A program made the translations under genes and the position numbers. DNA of 63,018 bases, filler included, from Stramenopiles sp. TOSAG23-3 (taxonomy: Eukaryota), in the NCBI GenBank assembly GCA_900128585.1. It is 13 parts of 13 records of this genome, joined end to end, with 100 filler letters (N's around TTAATTAATTAA, not from the genome) between each part and the next. Parts side by side here need not be neighbours in the genome. Positions count along the whole stretch, not along the records: positions 43,735 to 48,484 come from LT643718.1; positions 48,585 to 53,334 come from LT643719.1; positions 53,435 to 58,181 come from LT643720.1; 10 more parts are not named here. One strand, written 5' to 3'. Positions 43,735-55,696 of this stretch are shown here, piece by piece. The notes below the pieces were generated by a model. That model worked only from the letters and a program-made list of their open reading frames with translations. It did not search any database and was not told the origin of the DNA. Each line of letters opens with the position of its first letter. Position 1 is the stretch's first letter.

Positions 43735-46700
43735 GGACGCCTTTCTTTGCAAGGTCTTCGGTAATTGCCCCAACAGTTCGTGCCGTGTTGTGCCACGAGT
43801 TTTGGGAGTTGCCGTCGTTGTTGCTGACGAACCCTGGCCCTTTGGACGAGGTGTACCGAAACTGTGTCCAGACGGCCTTGTTGTCGACTGCGACGGGGAC
43901 GTCCTCGGTTCGTGTGCTTGTCCAGGTGAAGTGCGTCAGAGCAGTGTTTTGGTTATGAACCGCCGCCGCCGCATACACTGGCAAAACGACCTTGTTCTTG
44001 CTGGTGAAGATTACCTTTCCATTCACCACATACTCGACGTGATCGCTCGAATCGACGCGCACTTCGCAGAGGTCGCCCTTGTTCCATTTCGAGTAATGGC
44101 TGCCGGACTGGTGCCCCTTCTCAAAAATGTAAACGTAATTGTTGCTGTTCAAGTACATTCCATGATCGATGTCCCCGTAGGACGGCGACTTTTTCGTCAG
44201 ATCCTTCCGCTGCAGCCCAACGACGTAATTAACGCTTTGGGTGTCCGGGACGAAACTGATCCCTGTGACATCGTCGTTGTCGTGGATCGCTTGCAAGGAG
44301 GTGGCGCCGCCGTTCCAACCATTACCAATGTGCTCCGCTTTTCCGACGTAGCCGGCCTCTCTGGAGAACAGCCCATCGAACTTTGTGAACTGGATGGGGC
44401 TGCCCACGTTTTTCTCCACAAGCCGGGTCTGCTCTCCCAACCATCGAATTTCGGACAACGACGACTCCTGGTCGTGCATTTCGGCATCGACATAGAGGGG
44501 CAAAATCACGTTCTGCTGGGACGTGTGCATAACTTCCCCATTCTTTACGTACTCGATCTGGTCGGCCTGGTTGATGCGAATTTGAAAGATGTCGTTTATC
44601 TTGTACTGGCCCAGGTGCTTTACGTTCACGCCGTGCTCGTACACGTAAAATTCGTGATGCCCCCGGCCAAAGTAGAAGGCAAAATCAAGGTCATTCAGAT
44701 GCTTCTGGTCGTTGTGTCTAGCCAAGCCAATCGCGGCATACTTTTTCTGATCTGTCACGAAGGTGAAGCCGGTGATGTGCGAGTTGTACATGATTGCATT
44801 GACGGAGCGAGCCCCGCTGTTCCAGCCCTGCGACGAGCTTTGGGTCTTCTTGATACGGCCAGGCCCGACCTCGACGGAACTGGCCTCGTAGTCCGTGAAT
44901 TGGATGAACTGACCCCGTCGTTGCTGGTACGTGGGCGCCTCGCCCACAAGCCTCGCGGCCGCAACGGCGTCCCCCTTGTTGGCAAACGAAAAGTCCGCCT
45001 GCATCGGGAACGAAGGTCGCTTCTTCGAGACGTACCGAATCAAACCGTTCACACGGTACTCGATCTTGTACTTCGCGGCGGGAAAGAAGTCTCGCGCGAC
45101 AATGATGGACATGTCGTCTCCGGGGAGGTACTTTCCCATTTGGACGGTTTGCCCCGTGCCCACTTCGTGGACATAGACGTGCCGGTTCGTGCTCAACCGA
45201 ATCGCAAAGTCAATGTGCTTGTGGTTGTTCTTCTTGCCGTCGGCGTACGTCAGCCCGATTCGCGCGTTGATGAAATTAAGGGGGGAAAACGCCACGCCCC
45301 TAACCTGGCTGTGCTCGTCGACGAGCTGCGTGGAATGGCACCCTGGCGAGTACGAACCGTCGCTGTGTGTGCTCTCGATCCCGCCCGGACTACCGATATG
45401 CTTCGCATGAACAAAGTCCGTGCACTTCACAAACCTCGTCGGGGAAAACTCCAGCGGGGAGGTGTTGATGCGGTACGGCAGCGGGTCGAAGCCAGTGTGG
45501 TTTCGGAAGACGGGGCCGGACTTGTCCGGGAAATCTCGGCCGCCGGTCGCCCCCGGGGTCGTTGGTCGAGGGTCTGGAGTGGCAACGCTGGGGCCTTGTC
45601 GCTCCAATCGGGCGACTTGGCTTTTCAGGATGTCCACGTCCGCGCGCAGCCTTTGGTTTGCCCTTTCGAGGTCTTCGTTGGCCTCGCCAACGTTACCCTT
45701 GGCTCCCGTTGCGCCGTCCTCGCCCTGGTCACCTTTCTTTCCCGGGCTTCCAACCTCGCCTTTTGGGCCAGTCGCCCCCTCCACACCTTCGTCGCCCTTT
45801 CCCCCTGGGCTTCCCCGCTCGCCAACTTCCCCGCGTTCCCCACGAGGTCCTCGCGCGCCGTCTTCGCCCGGGGTCCCGTCGTTCCCGGCAACGCCCTGGT
45901 CTCCCTGGTCTCCTTTCGGCCCGGCCGGGGCTTGGAACGGAATCCAGTTCGCGGGCTCCTCGTCCGGTAGCTTCTTGGCAGTAAAGGTGCGCTCGGCAAC
46001 GTACATGACGTCGTGGGTGACACCCTTAACGAAGACATAGTCGCCTTTCTTGTAGGAGTTGCCGACCTTGAAGACCTTGAGGTGAAGGCCAACGCCAGCG
46101 GCGCCTTGCTCACCGTGTGCGCCTCGCAAACCCGTTGGTCCACGCAACCCCGGTCTTCCCGACGGCCCGCGCTCGCCTTTGGCCCCCTCGGCTCCCGTGA
46201 TCCCGACGCCATCGCGCCCGTTCTCCCCGTCCTTTCCTTTCTCTCCCCGTTTCCCCGGAGCACCCGGCTCACCCGCCTGGCCCTCTTTCCCTTGCTCGCC
46301 TCCGATCCCTTTTGCACCAGTGGGACCACGCCTTCCGTCGCTGCCAGGGATACCAGCTTCGCCCGTGGCCCCTTGGCGTCCGTCCTTTCCTGGGGCTCCG
46401 TGAAAGCCCTGGGCTCCCGTCTCCCCGTGCTGGCCGTCCCGGCCGGCTGGCCCCGCCGGGGCTTCGAACTCTTCCCAGTTCCCAATGTCCTTTGCCGGCT
46501 GCAGTTTTGCAACGAACTGGCGCTCGGCAATGAACATCGAATTGCTCTTCTTTTTGGTGGAGAGGGCAAAGACGTAATCGCCCTTGTTGTACTGGGCGCC
46601 GATCACGAACTCTTTCAGGTGGAGGCCAACGCCGTCCGCTCCTTTTGGCCCTTGCTTTCCCTCCCTTCCGTCCTCGCCGTCCTTTCCCGGCGTTCCCGGG

Positions 46701-47302
46701 GACCCCTTCTCCCCCTTCACGCCTTGGGCGCCCTGGGCACCGGTAGGCCCTCGCATTTTCCCGGAGGTGACCAGTTCCCGAAGCGTTTCCAGGTCATGTT
46801 CCAGGTTCTGCAGCTTTCCCGTCTTTTCCTCTAGGTCGTCCAGCACGGAGACGACCACGGCGGGGTCGGCATCGTGAACGACTTCCAGCGCCACCGGGAC
46901 AAAGTCGTGCGCCGCAAGGCACTTGTGCTTTGGCCCTTTGAAAATAATGGCTTGGCTGGAGCTTTTGGTGCTGAAGCGGTGGTGGACTTCCGTGAAAACG
47001 GTCGCGCGGCACCCTTGCGGCACCCGAATGGCCTGGGGCTTCCCGTCCACGTGCGAAAGGACGGACCCTTTGACCACGCGGAACTCTCCAATTTTCTTCG
47101 CATCCGGCTCGCAGCTGTCGTAAAAGGTAACGGGCTTGGAGCAGATCCCTCGCTCCAGCCTCCCTCTCAGGTCTCCGTCGGCACCGGTACCTCCCGTCGG
47201 GGCAGAGGCACCCCCCGTCGAGGCAGAGGCACCCCCCGTCGTCCCTTGGGCAACGACTGCGGAGACGACAACGGCAAGGATTGCCAATCGAAACATTCCC
47301 AT
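43735..47302 (-). CDS. Secreted collagen-like multidomain protein (3'-truncated)
   Basis: Signal peptide MGMFRLAILAVVVSAVVA, three Gly-X-Y tracts, two copies of a ~55-aa globular insert and tandem ~150-aa beta-rich repeats. Confidence 0.88.
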
Positions 47303-48584
47303 TGTAAAAACGGATGAATGAGTGTATACAGGTATCAATTAATCTGTCGAAGTACCAAATGACATGTCTCTTCAAAGAACTCCTTTCTTTTTCATTTCAA
47401 TGCCCGGCGTCCTACGTGTGCGTGTACGAGTGAGTGAGTTTAAATGAAATGGACTTTTGCTTCTTTCTTTCTCACTGTGCAATGTTGTTTAAATAAAGGC
47501 TGTTGGATGTTATTAATTAAAATCTCTCCTTCTTTCTTTTTTAACTATTTGACAGATAGGGTACAATGCGTAATAGAATACTATAAATAAAGAATTAACT
47601 ATAAACAAAAGTATAATCCAAGAAAGGAAAGGAAAGGAAATTATGAGTGTTTATCTCTCCCTATTTATTATTCATATTTTAAAATACAGTTTAATTACAA
47701 ATCATAGTGAATCAATTAAAGTATAAATACAGATGAACAGTTTAAAGTGTATTTATATAATAATACAATTATAAATTAATTACCTATCAACACCCCCCCC
47801 CACACCCCTTCCCCCCCCCTTTCTTTTTAGAATCAGGATTCATTTAAAATTAAAAGCTTCACTTCTTCCTTCTTTTTTTTAAAAAGAGAAGCCATAATAT
47901 ATTAAGGATATAAATGTATTGATACGGATGAATAAAAGCATGTATGATATTGTGTTCCTGTATCAATAGTTAGATTTAATTTACTTTGTCACTTCGTGAT
48001 AGTCCTCTATTCATAATAACTAAATAGAATTAAAAACCAACAACATATACATATTTACATATACACAGCCTATATAATACTATTAAACACATACCCTTAA
48101 AGTATGGTTTCTTTATTAGAAATGAGGAAGGTCAGTAATTTGACTCTAAAAAGAGGGGGGGGGGGGGCTAATTGAATCTAATCCTAACTAAAGAATCAAT
48201 GCTATTCTATGTATTTAATTATATTATACATGGAATAACAAAACATTAAAATATGTAAAAATGTAGTTTAGGGTTGGTTGGTAGTAAGTAGGTGGATATG
48301 AATGAATGAATGAATGAGTGTGTGTGAGAGTGTTTGAGTGAGTGTTTGAGTGAGTGAGTGTGATTCATTCATTGTTCATTATCTCTATCTGACAGGTGCT
48401 TCGTCCTTTTCAAAACCGACATTTTCCATCATCACAGAACATTGACATATATATATATATATATACACACACTACACTCAATTGNNNNNNNNNNNNNNNN
48501 NNNNNNNNNNNNNNNNNNNNNNNNNNNNTTAATTAATTAANNNNNNNNNNNNNNNNNNNNNNNNNNNNNNNNNNNNNNNNNNNN

Positions 48585-48844
48585 CTTCTTTTTCTTCTTT
48601 CTTCTTTTTCTTCTTTCTTCTTCTTCTTCTTCTTCTTCTTCTTCTTTCTTCTTCTTTCTTCTTCTTGTTCTTTCTTGTTCTTTCTTCTTCTTCTTCCTTC
48701 TTCTTTCTTCTTCTTGTTCTTTCTTCTTCTTCTTCTTTCTTCTTCTTCTTCTTCTTCTTTCTTCTTCTTCTTGTTCTTTCTTCTTCTTCTTGTTCTTTCT
48801 TCTTCTTTCTTCTTCTTCTTCCTTCTTCTTCTTTCTTCTTCTTC
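48585..48844 (+). repeat. Imperfect (TTC)n microsatellite
   Basis: About 260 bp of TTC/TTTC/TTGTTC units at the contig start. Confidence 0.95.
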
Positions 48845-49065
48845 GGCTTTTTTTTTGTGCTGACTCGACTCTTTTGAACTCTGAACTCTGAACTCTGAAC
48901 TCTGCTGAACCGTCGGCATTTTTACATTAAATTTATTAATATAATAAACACAGAAAACATCAACACAGCATGCATTAATATATAATAAATATTATTATTT
49001 GAGGGATGATTGAGGTTTTTTGAGAGGTGAATGGTATATTTAAGGCTGATTACATACAAACAAAT

Positions 49066-52000
49066 TTAACCCTTCGCTGTTTGGTTGGGTTGGAGAACGA
49101 AGAACATGTCCGATGGGACCACCACGGTGTCTGGGTGCGGCGCGGTATACACATAATACAGCTCTTTCTCTTCATCGTACCTGTACATCGCGATTGCAAT
49201 GAGGCCGAAGGAGTCCAAGAAATACGCGTAGACGTTTTCGTACGTTGAAATGTTTGTCGACGCCATGTTGGACATCTCTGTTTTCGGCAACCAACGCATC
49301 AACGAAATGGCGTCCGGCTGGAGCATTTCTTTCACAATTTCGTAAATGGAACACTCCTCAATCCCCTGCGCTGCCTGGGCAAATAAGGAGTCGACAAATG
49401 ACCCCGAGGTACAATGCCCTCCCGCAAAAAACGAAATAAACGTATGGGAGGTGTCGTACAAAGAGGTCGGGGTCCCCCAGTCCACCTTCTTGCTCGCCGT
49501 GGACAGGTACTCGAGGCCCAGGATGGTCGACATGCTGGCGGCCTCGCAAATCACGAAGGGCCCGCCATTCAGCCCGCGATCCGGCATTTGGGGCATCTGG
49601 TGCAGGCAGTGCCGCACTGCCTCGTAGCACTGAAGAATAAAGCCGTGCCGACTCTGCAAATTGATCTCTCCCTCGGTCGACGGTCTTAAAATGACGACGG
49701 AGCGTGCCTGAAAAATGTCGGCTTCCAAAAGGCAATGGCCCGACGTAGGAGAACCCTGCAGCACTACAAGGCCGTCCACGTCCTGTACCCCGTTGGCTTC
49801 CAGAACTATGTCTTCCACTTCGCTCACGACCACTAGCTTGGTAGTGCGAGACGAGAGCATGCGGTTTAGTTTTTTGACTCTGTACCAGGTTGAGTTGTAC
49901 TGGGCATCGTTGCTTTGAATCAGCAGCAACACCGAGGAAGGCTTGTGCTGGACCTCCTGTCGACCTTTCAGCTCCACGCCAAGGTTTCGGGACCCCTTGT
50001 CGTCCGCCCTTCCACTTGCTTTGAAGCCCGCAAACTCGTTTTCTATGGTCTCGTCCGCAATTTTCTTCTCGTAGATATTTTTCAAACTCATTGAGGACAG
50101 CACGCGACCTTCCTCTGTATCGTACTCCCCTAAGACAGACCCGTACTCGTCGCGCGTCGCAACCCTTTGAAACGCGTCGTGCGCCGCGTTGTTGCTGTCC
50201 GCCAAGACGATGGCAAACATTTCGTCCGGGCGTACCGTGAAGCCCGTGTCCGCTGGGTTCAAAAACAGTTCCCGCTGAGCGTGCCAATACGCCCCAATAA
50301 GAATTACGGGCCGGTTCGTATTGGCCCGTGAAAGGGACGCCGAAAAGAGTGTTTTTGCCGACATTCGAAACGTCAGGCCCATGAACGAGCGGGGAAACGG
50401 TATTATGTAAATCTCCGTTTTCGTCCCTACCACGTACTCACGGTTTATTCGGCCCATGATCTTGTTGCTCATCTTACCCAGGATTTCAGTGTTATCGATG
50501 GTGTGAACGAGATTGTCTATCAACGCAACCAGCCCCGGGACGACCGTGCCACGGGCGATTAGCGTGTCGTAGACCTCCGTGAGGCACATGAATTTATCGT
50601 GGGAACTATCCGTGTACAACAACAAGTGCTCCTTTTCTTCACGGTAGTGCACCTGCGTCATGATGTTCATCTCGCTGCTGATGGCGTTATAGTGCTTCGC
50701 ATACGCTTTCAGCATCACGAACTTGCTTATTTGGTCCGTGTAAGAGTTGCATGTGAAGAGAAGGCAAGACTTGCAGCTCGGGTGAAAAAAACCGGCACGG
50801 CGCAGGTCTTGGTGGGAGGTCACGTGCCCGCTCACGTAATGGACCCGGGACCAAAACATGGGGTGCAGCAGGATTCGGGCGATGCTCGAGCTTTTGTGCC
50901 CCGGGCTCAACAGCACGACGCTGGTGATCGGGCTGCTTGTTCTGTGCTTCGCGTGGTCTCCCGTAAAGATACCGCGAACAAACGTGTTGAGCCGTTCGGC
51001 CTCTAGTGGCCCTATAATGATAATATGGCAACCATGGTGCAAAGGTGTGAACGTTTGCAATTGTGCCTCCATCCCACGGTTATAAATTTCCATGACCTGG
51101 ATGACCTTGTTCGGGATGTACACCATGCAGATGATGATCACCACCATGCACACCGTGTTGCCGAGGAACGAGCGGGGAGAAATGTCGCCATACCCTATGG
51201 TCCCCATGGTTACTATGATAAAGTAAACGCAGTCTCCAAACGCCAGGGGTTCCCCGAAAAACGAGTCTTCCCTTGGAATTCCTTTGTGGGTGTACGGGTA
51301 CAACTGAACGTCAGCGACGTAAAATGCCGCCGAGGATATGAAGACCAGGCACACAAATTGAAACACAAAAGAAAGAAAATAAAGGACGAACGGTTCCGCG
51401 TGAAGGTAGGCCCTCGACCCATTCATTATTCTTCGAAGGCGGGACGGCGTCGTCATCTGAACCACTTTGATCAGCCGGGCGATCTTAAACAGACCAAGGA
51501 AAATACCAAATCGAACAGGCCTTCTATGGCTGGTGGCAATGTCGGGACAAATGTCAAGCCCCATTTGATAACAGTTCCAACAAACCGAGTTGGAGTTGGA
51601 GTCGATCTTGCAAGAGACGTAGCGGTCCCACTCGTGCGGGGTAAACCCGTTTTCGGCAAGGTTCGCAAATATGGGTATAATAACGACCAAATCCCACAAC
51701 CCCTCCGTGCACATGTACACGATGCTGTTGGCAAACGACCCTTCTGCAATAAAAGACGTTCGTGCAAACGAAGAGTTCAACTCGCCGCAGTAGAGTTGCA
51801 GTATCAAGTCCACTGTGAAAAAACACGCCGCGAAGAATTCCACTACGTTAAGAAATTCGACCGGGACCTGCTTTTCCGAGTATGTCATTTCCAAGTAATA
51901 AACAAATACCACTGCCCCACTAAATGTTATGTTTGCAATGTTTATGAACGCCCCGACAGGCTTGTGATGGAGCGCTAGCCTGACGTTCTCACGGCCCCAC

Positions 52001-52266
52001 CACCGTTCTGCTCGCGGCTTCACTTCGCTGTATTTGATAACTGATTTCTTACGTCGAACTCGTTGGGACTTCCGCTTTTCTTCATTGGTGCCGTGCCGCG
52101 ACGAGGTTATCCCCGGCATGAATTGGGCGGGAGACGGATGTGAATCATTTGTAGGGGGTTGCCTCGTCTGTCTAGTGTAAAGTTCTACCTGACTGTAACG
52201 CTTTTTTTGCCGGTTTTCGCTCTGCCGACTGGCCTGGACGCTTGAACTAAATAGGATGTTCTTCAT
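49066..52266 (-). CDS. BK/Slo-type (RCK-domain) potassium channel alpha subunit; the start may instead be the ATG at 52119
   Basis: Six TM segments, pore FGDCVYFIIVTMGTIGYGDISP, RCK motifs HIIIIG, VHYVSGHVTSHQDLRRA and LQGSP..LLEADI. Confidence 0.9.
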   Translation of the reverse strand: MKNILFSSSVQASRQSENRQKKRYSQVELYTRQTRQPPTNDSHPSPAQFMPGITSSRHGTNEEKRKSQRVRRKKSVIKYSEVKPRAERWWGRENVRLALHHKPVGAFINIANITFSGAVVFVYYLEMTYSEKQVPVEFLNVVEFFAACFFTVDLILQLYCGELNSSFARTSFIAEGSFANSIVYMCTEGLWDLVVIIPIFANLAENGFTPHEWDRYVSCKIDSNSNSVCWNCYQMGLDICPDIATSHRRPVRFGIFLGLFKIARLIKVVQMTTPSRLRRIMNGSRAYLHAEPFVLYFLSFVFQFVCLVFISSAAFYVADVQLYPYTHKGIPREDSFFGEPLAFGDCVYFIIVTMGTIGYGDISPRSFLGNTVCMVVIIICMVYIPNKVIQVMEIYNRGMEAQLQTFTPLHHGCHIIIIGPLEAERLNTFVRGIFTGDHAKHRTSSPITSVVLLSPGHKSSSIARILLHPMFWSRVHYVSGHVTSHQDLRRAGFFHPSCKSCLLFTCNSYTDQISKFVMLKAYAKHYNAISSEMNIMTQVHYREEKEHLLLYTDSSHDKFMCLTEVYDTLIARGTVVPGLVALIDNLVHTIDNTEILGKMSNKIMGRINREYVVGTKTEIYIIPFPRSFMGLTFRMSAKTLFSASLSRANTNRPVILIGAYWHAQRELFLNPADTGFTVRPDEMFAIVLADSNNAAHDAFQRVATRDEYGSVLGEYDTEEGRVLSSMSLKNIYEKKIADETIENEFAGFKASGRADDKGSRNLGVELKGRQEVQHKPSSVLLLIQSNDAQYNSTWYRVKKLNRMLSSRTTKLVVVSEVEDIVLEANGVQDVDGLVVLQGSPTSGHCLLEADIFQARSVVILRPSTEGEINLQSRHGFILQCYEAVRHCLHQMPQMPDRGLNGGPFVICEAASMSTILGLEYLSTASKKVDWGTPTSLYDTSHTFISFFAGGHCTSGSFVDSLFAQAAQGIEECSIYEIVKEMLQPDAISLMRWLPKTEMSNMASTNISTYENVYAYFLDSFGLIAIAMYRYDEEKELYYVYTAPHPDTVVVPSDMFFVLQPNQTAKG

Positions 52267-54284
52267 CGGGGCTGTTGAAAGGAGTGGTACACAAATACTC
52301 TTCTCCCAGTCATTCGTTCGGGCAAGGAGACGGAACTGTGATAGGATCTTTGTAGTTCTTTGGTCAATAGTTAATCAATGGAAAAGACAAACGATAATTC
52401 TAACTACAAACTGCCGCACTATTGACCATTGACCACCTACTGGTGTGTTTAAATGAAACAGCAAGAAAAAAAAGAAGAAACAAACAATTGTTTCTCTGGT
52501 TCTTTGGTGGCTGCTGCTGCTGCTTCTGCTCCCCTGCTTCTGCTTCTGCTTCGCTTAGCTGCTCTTTTTTTCTCTTTCTTTGTTGCTCTCTTTGCTCTTT
52601 TCTCTTTTTTTTGCTCTTCTTCTTTTTGAACTTGGTACTTGGCTTGATGCTGTGACCCTTGTAATAATAAACCATGAAGAATGAAATTGACTCTTTGCTC
52701 TTTGCAATTGTTTTTAAATAATAAATAATTCGATGGTTTGGTTTTTAAAACACAAAACAACAAGAAGAAGGAAAAGAAGTGTTAAATAATAAATATAATA
52801 CAGGTAATAAGCTCTACAATATCCTCCTCCTGGAACCTCCTCTTGGGAACCTCCTGGAACCTCCTTGGAACCCTGGGAAGCAGAGAAGAGTATGGTTTTT
52901 TTTGTACTTTGTACGTTTTTGTACGTATCCAATTATTTACCGTATATTATTCCGTGGATTTTATTAATAATACTGTGTTGTAAGTTGTAATTATTATTTG
53001 AAAATTAAAAAAAAAAGTTTTTCCGTGTGGTGTACGCGAGGAACGGCAGGGCAGTTTACCAACCGCTGCCCCATAATTGTTCATTGCTTGAATGGTATCT
53101 TTCCCTGGTCATACTTTTAGTTGTGAAACCGCTTCCAACCAATTTTTTTGTAAGCTTTGGATTATTTTTCAATTCAGTCTTAACTCCCTTGACGTTGTAT
53201 GGGTACGTTTTCAACAGACACCGCAAGAATTTCATGCCGACCAAAAATGCGTATAAAGAATTCCCAGAAGGTGCTGCCGTGGACCCTTTGGCGTTGCCTG
53301 TCGACGGCCAAAGGTTCTCAAACGACTGCACTATNNNNNNNNNNNNNNNNNNNNNNNNNNNNNNNNNNNNNNNNNNNNTTAATTAATTAANNNNNNNNNN
53401 NNNNNNNNNNNNNNNNNNNNNNNNNNNNNNNNNNAATAAAAAATAGTATAGCTAGACTAGCTGCTTCTTTCTTCATCAAAACAACAAGAGAGAAGAGAGA
53501 AGAGAGAAGAGAGAAGAAGAAAGAAGAAAAAAAGAAATAAAAAAGAGAGAGGAGGAGTTTTTTATTATTTTTACCAATGTAATATAGACACACCATCATA
53601 AAAATTGGCGTTTTCTGGAGACTATAATAAACAACAGAGAAAAAAATAAAAATAAAGAAGAGAAGAAGAAAAAAATCCCGGACAGCATTGTTAGGAATAA
53701 TGTCACTCGTTTATAGAAAAAATGTGAACGTTAACCCTTTTTATGAAATGAAAAATACAATTAATCGTAGTTGTATTCATCGTAATTCCTATTATACCCT
53801 ATCAAGATATCGATATTCTGAAAATATTTTGCCAACTATTTTTGTTGAAAAGATTGATTTCTTATACTCTTTCATGATGCTATTACCTTGTAATGTGTGG
53901 ATTGTGGCTGGCCATTAAAAAAATATTCTCTCATCCTTCCTTCCTTCCTTCCTTCCTTCCTTTGAGTACCGTACCGGTAGTGTTCTTCTTGGAGCTGTGA
54001 GCTGTGAGCTGTTTTACGGATAAAATAGCTGTTCTCCCTCCCTCCGTTCTCCTTTTCTTTCTTCTTCTTTTTTTTGTTATATTTTTAATAATAAAATGAG
54101 TCGTGGTGGAGGGTGGGGGGTGGAGGATATTATTTTTATTTTTGGATTTTTTTTGGTTTGTTTGTTGGTTTGGGTTGGGTGTTGACCCTTTATTAATAGT
54201 AAACCTTCGTGTGATGGTGTTGATATTTTTTCTACGTAACATGTACACATCGTCAGATTTATCTGGCTCAATATATTTATTTAC

Positions 54285-54965
54285 ATGGGTAAAGATACGA
54301 AAGACACAGAATTTTCGAACGAATTCACCCCGGCGGAAAACGATAATAAAGGAAGTTTTAGTATGACGGACATTCGCTCACGACTCCAGGTTCCAGAATT
54401 TGCCACGAAATATGTCGACGCTGCCACAGGGCGTGACTGGCGCGGGACGCTCCGCAGCTGGGAAGATTTTGCGTCAGCACCAGCAGCTGATGAAAAGAGT
54501 GGGCGTCAACTCCCTGCGTTCAACGCACCAAGTAGCCCACAATTGAAGAACAGGGTAATTAGAAATATCTCATACTTTGTGACCAATTACGTGCTTGTCT
54601 ACGCCGTGTTGACAATTTATGGAATTGTTAGCGACCTGACCAACCTGGTAATAGCTGGAATCATGGGCGTGTTATGGTACTACGTCGTTGTCATATTCCC
54701 AACCACAGAGGCACCCATAGTCGGCGGACTGAAAATCACCCAAGAGCATTTGTACAAAATTTCAATGCTCGCATCGGTCATTATCGGGTTCTTTTTGTTA
54801 GGGGAAATTTTCAACTGGGTCTTGACAATTGGGAGTATTTTTTGTCTTTTGCATGCAGTCTTCCGTGTTCCGACGTACAACGACCGCGACCGTAAATCAA
54901 AAATTACCGATGAAGAAGAAGCCCTTGGGTCAGCCATTGAACTCGATGACGCAGATAACCTTTAG
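54285..54965 (+). CDS. PRA1: PRA1 (prenylated Rab acceptor 1) family protein
   Basis: LRSWEDF, F.AP..RVIRNISYFVTNY and LLHAVFR, with two long hydrophobic hairpins. Confidence 0.9.
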   Translation: MGKDTKDTEFSNEFTPAENDNKGSFSMTDIRSRLQVPEFATKYVDAATGRDWRGTLRSWEDFASAPAADEKSGRQLPAFNAPSSPQLKNRVIRNISYFVTNYVLVYAVLTIYGIVSDLTNLVIAGIMGVLWYYVVVIFPTTEAPIVGGLKITQEHLYKISMLASVIIGFFLLGEIFNWVLTIGSIFCLLHAVFRVPTYNDRDRKSKITDEEEALGSAIELDDADNL

Positions 54966-55696
54966 ATATAACGAAACGTGCTTACACAGTCATTTGCATA
55001 GGAGAGGAAGAAGAAATGGCACACCCTGACAAGAAAGAACTCACGCCGATGTCTAGACGAATAATTTAGTAGTAGAACAGGAATAATGGATGAACACGAC
55101 GAAGACTGGAGACTGGAAGAAGAAGAGTGAATATTTTTTTAATTATATCTATATAGTAATAACAATAGTTTTATTACAAATTAATCGTATTCATGAACAG
55201 TTATAAAAAAGAATTAATACATTTATATTGTACTATTATTTTATAATTTATCTATTATAATGATGAATATCCCGAACATTTCTCACTAATTTGCACGCGG
55301 AAGTAAAAGTAAAAAGATTTCGTCCTCCTTTTGATTTATGCTGTGTCTATGTTACACATGCATTCGCAATAATTTTCAACAAACATGTATTTTTCTTTCC
55401 TTCATCCTCTTTTATCTTTTATTCTTTGCTATTTGGCCCTTGTTGAATTTTGACGCAGGAGGAAGAAGGAGGAGCGGTTGTTGAGAAAAAGCGCAAATTC
55501 AATACAGCAACGACAGTTTCGCCAGTGGACACGACGGGCAATCAGAGTACAGGTTGAAAGTTCCGGTCACAGCAACAAATGAATTTTTTCGACTCAAAAC
55601 AAGCGATAAACGAGTAGAAGCGCAGCCACCACAAAGCATCTCACCCCATCAACCACGCAGTAAATGAAACCTGGCGCACCAGCGACGTAATCAACA

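Noticed and set aside
43790-45970. 726-aa plus-strand ORF, and other long antisense ORFs over HSP70, the TPR gene and the K+ channel
   Set aside because: Antisense shadows of GC-rich, codon-biased genes with no recognisable motifs
48533-48919. K/E/R-rich and F/L/S-rich ORFs
   Set aside because: Translations of the TTC microsatellite
52824-52878. GGAACCTCCT-type short tandem repeats considered as a CRISPR-like array
   Set aside because: Units of about 10 bp without unique spacers, no cas genes, eukaryotic context
53056-53334. Possible 3' end of a minus-strand gene at the contig edge
   Set aside because: Too short, with no recognisable motif; cannot be supported
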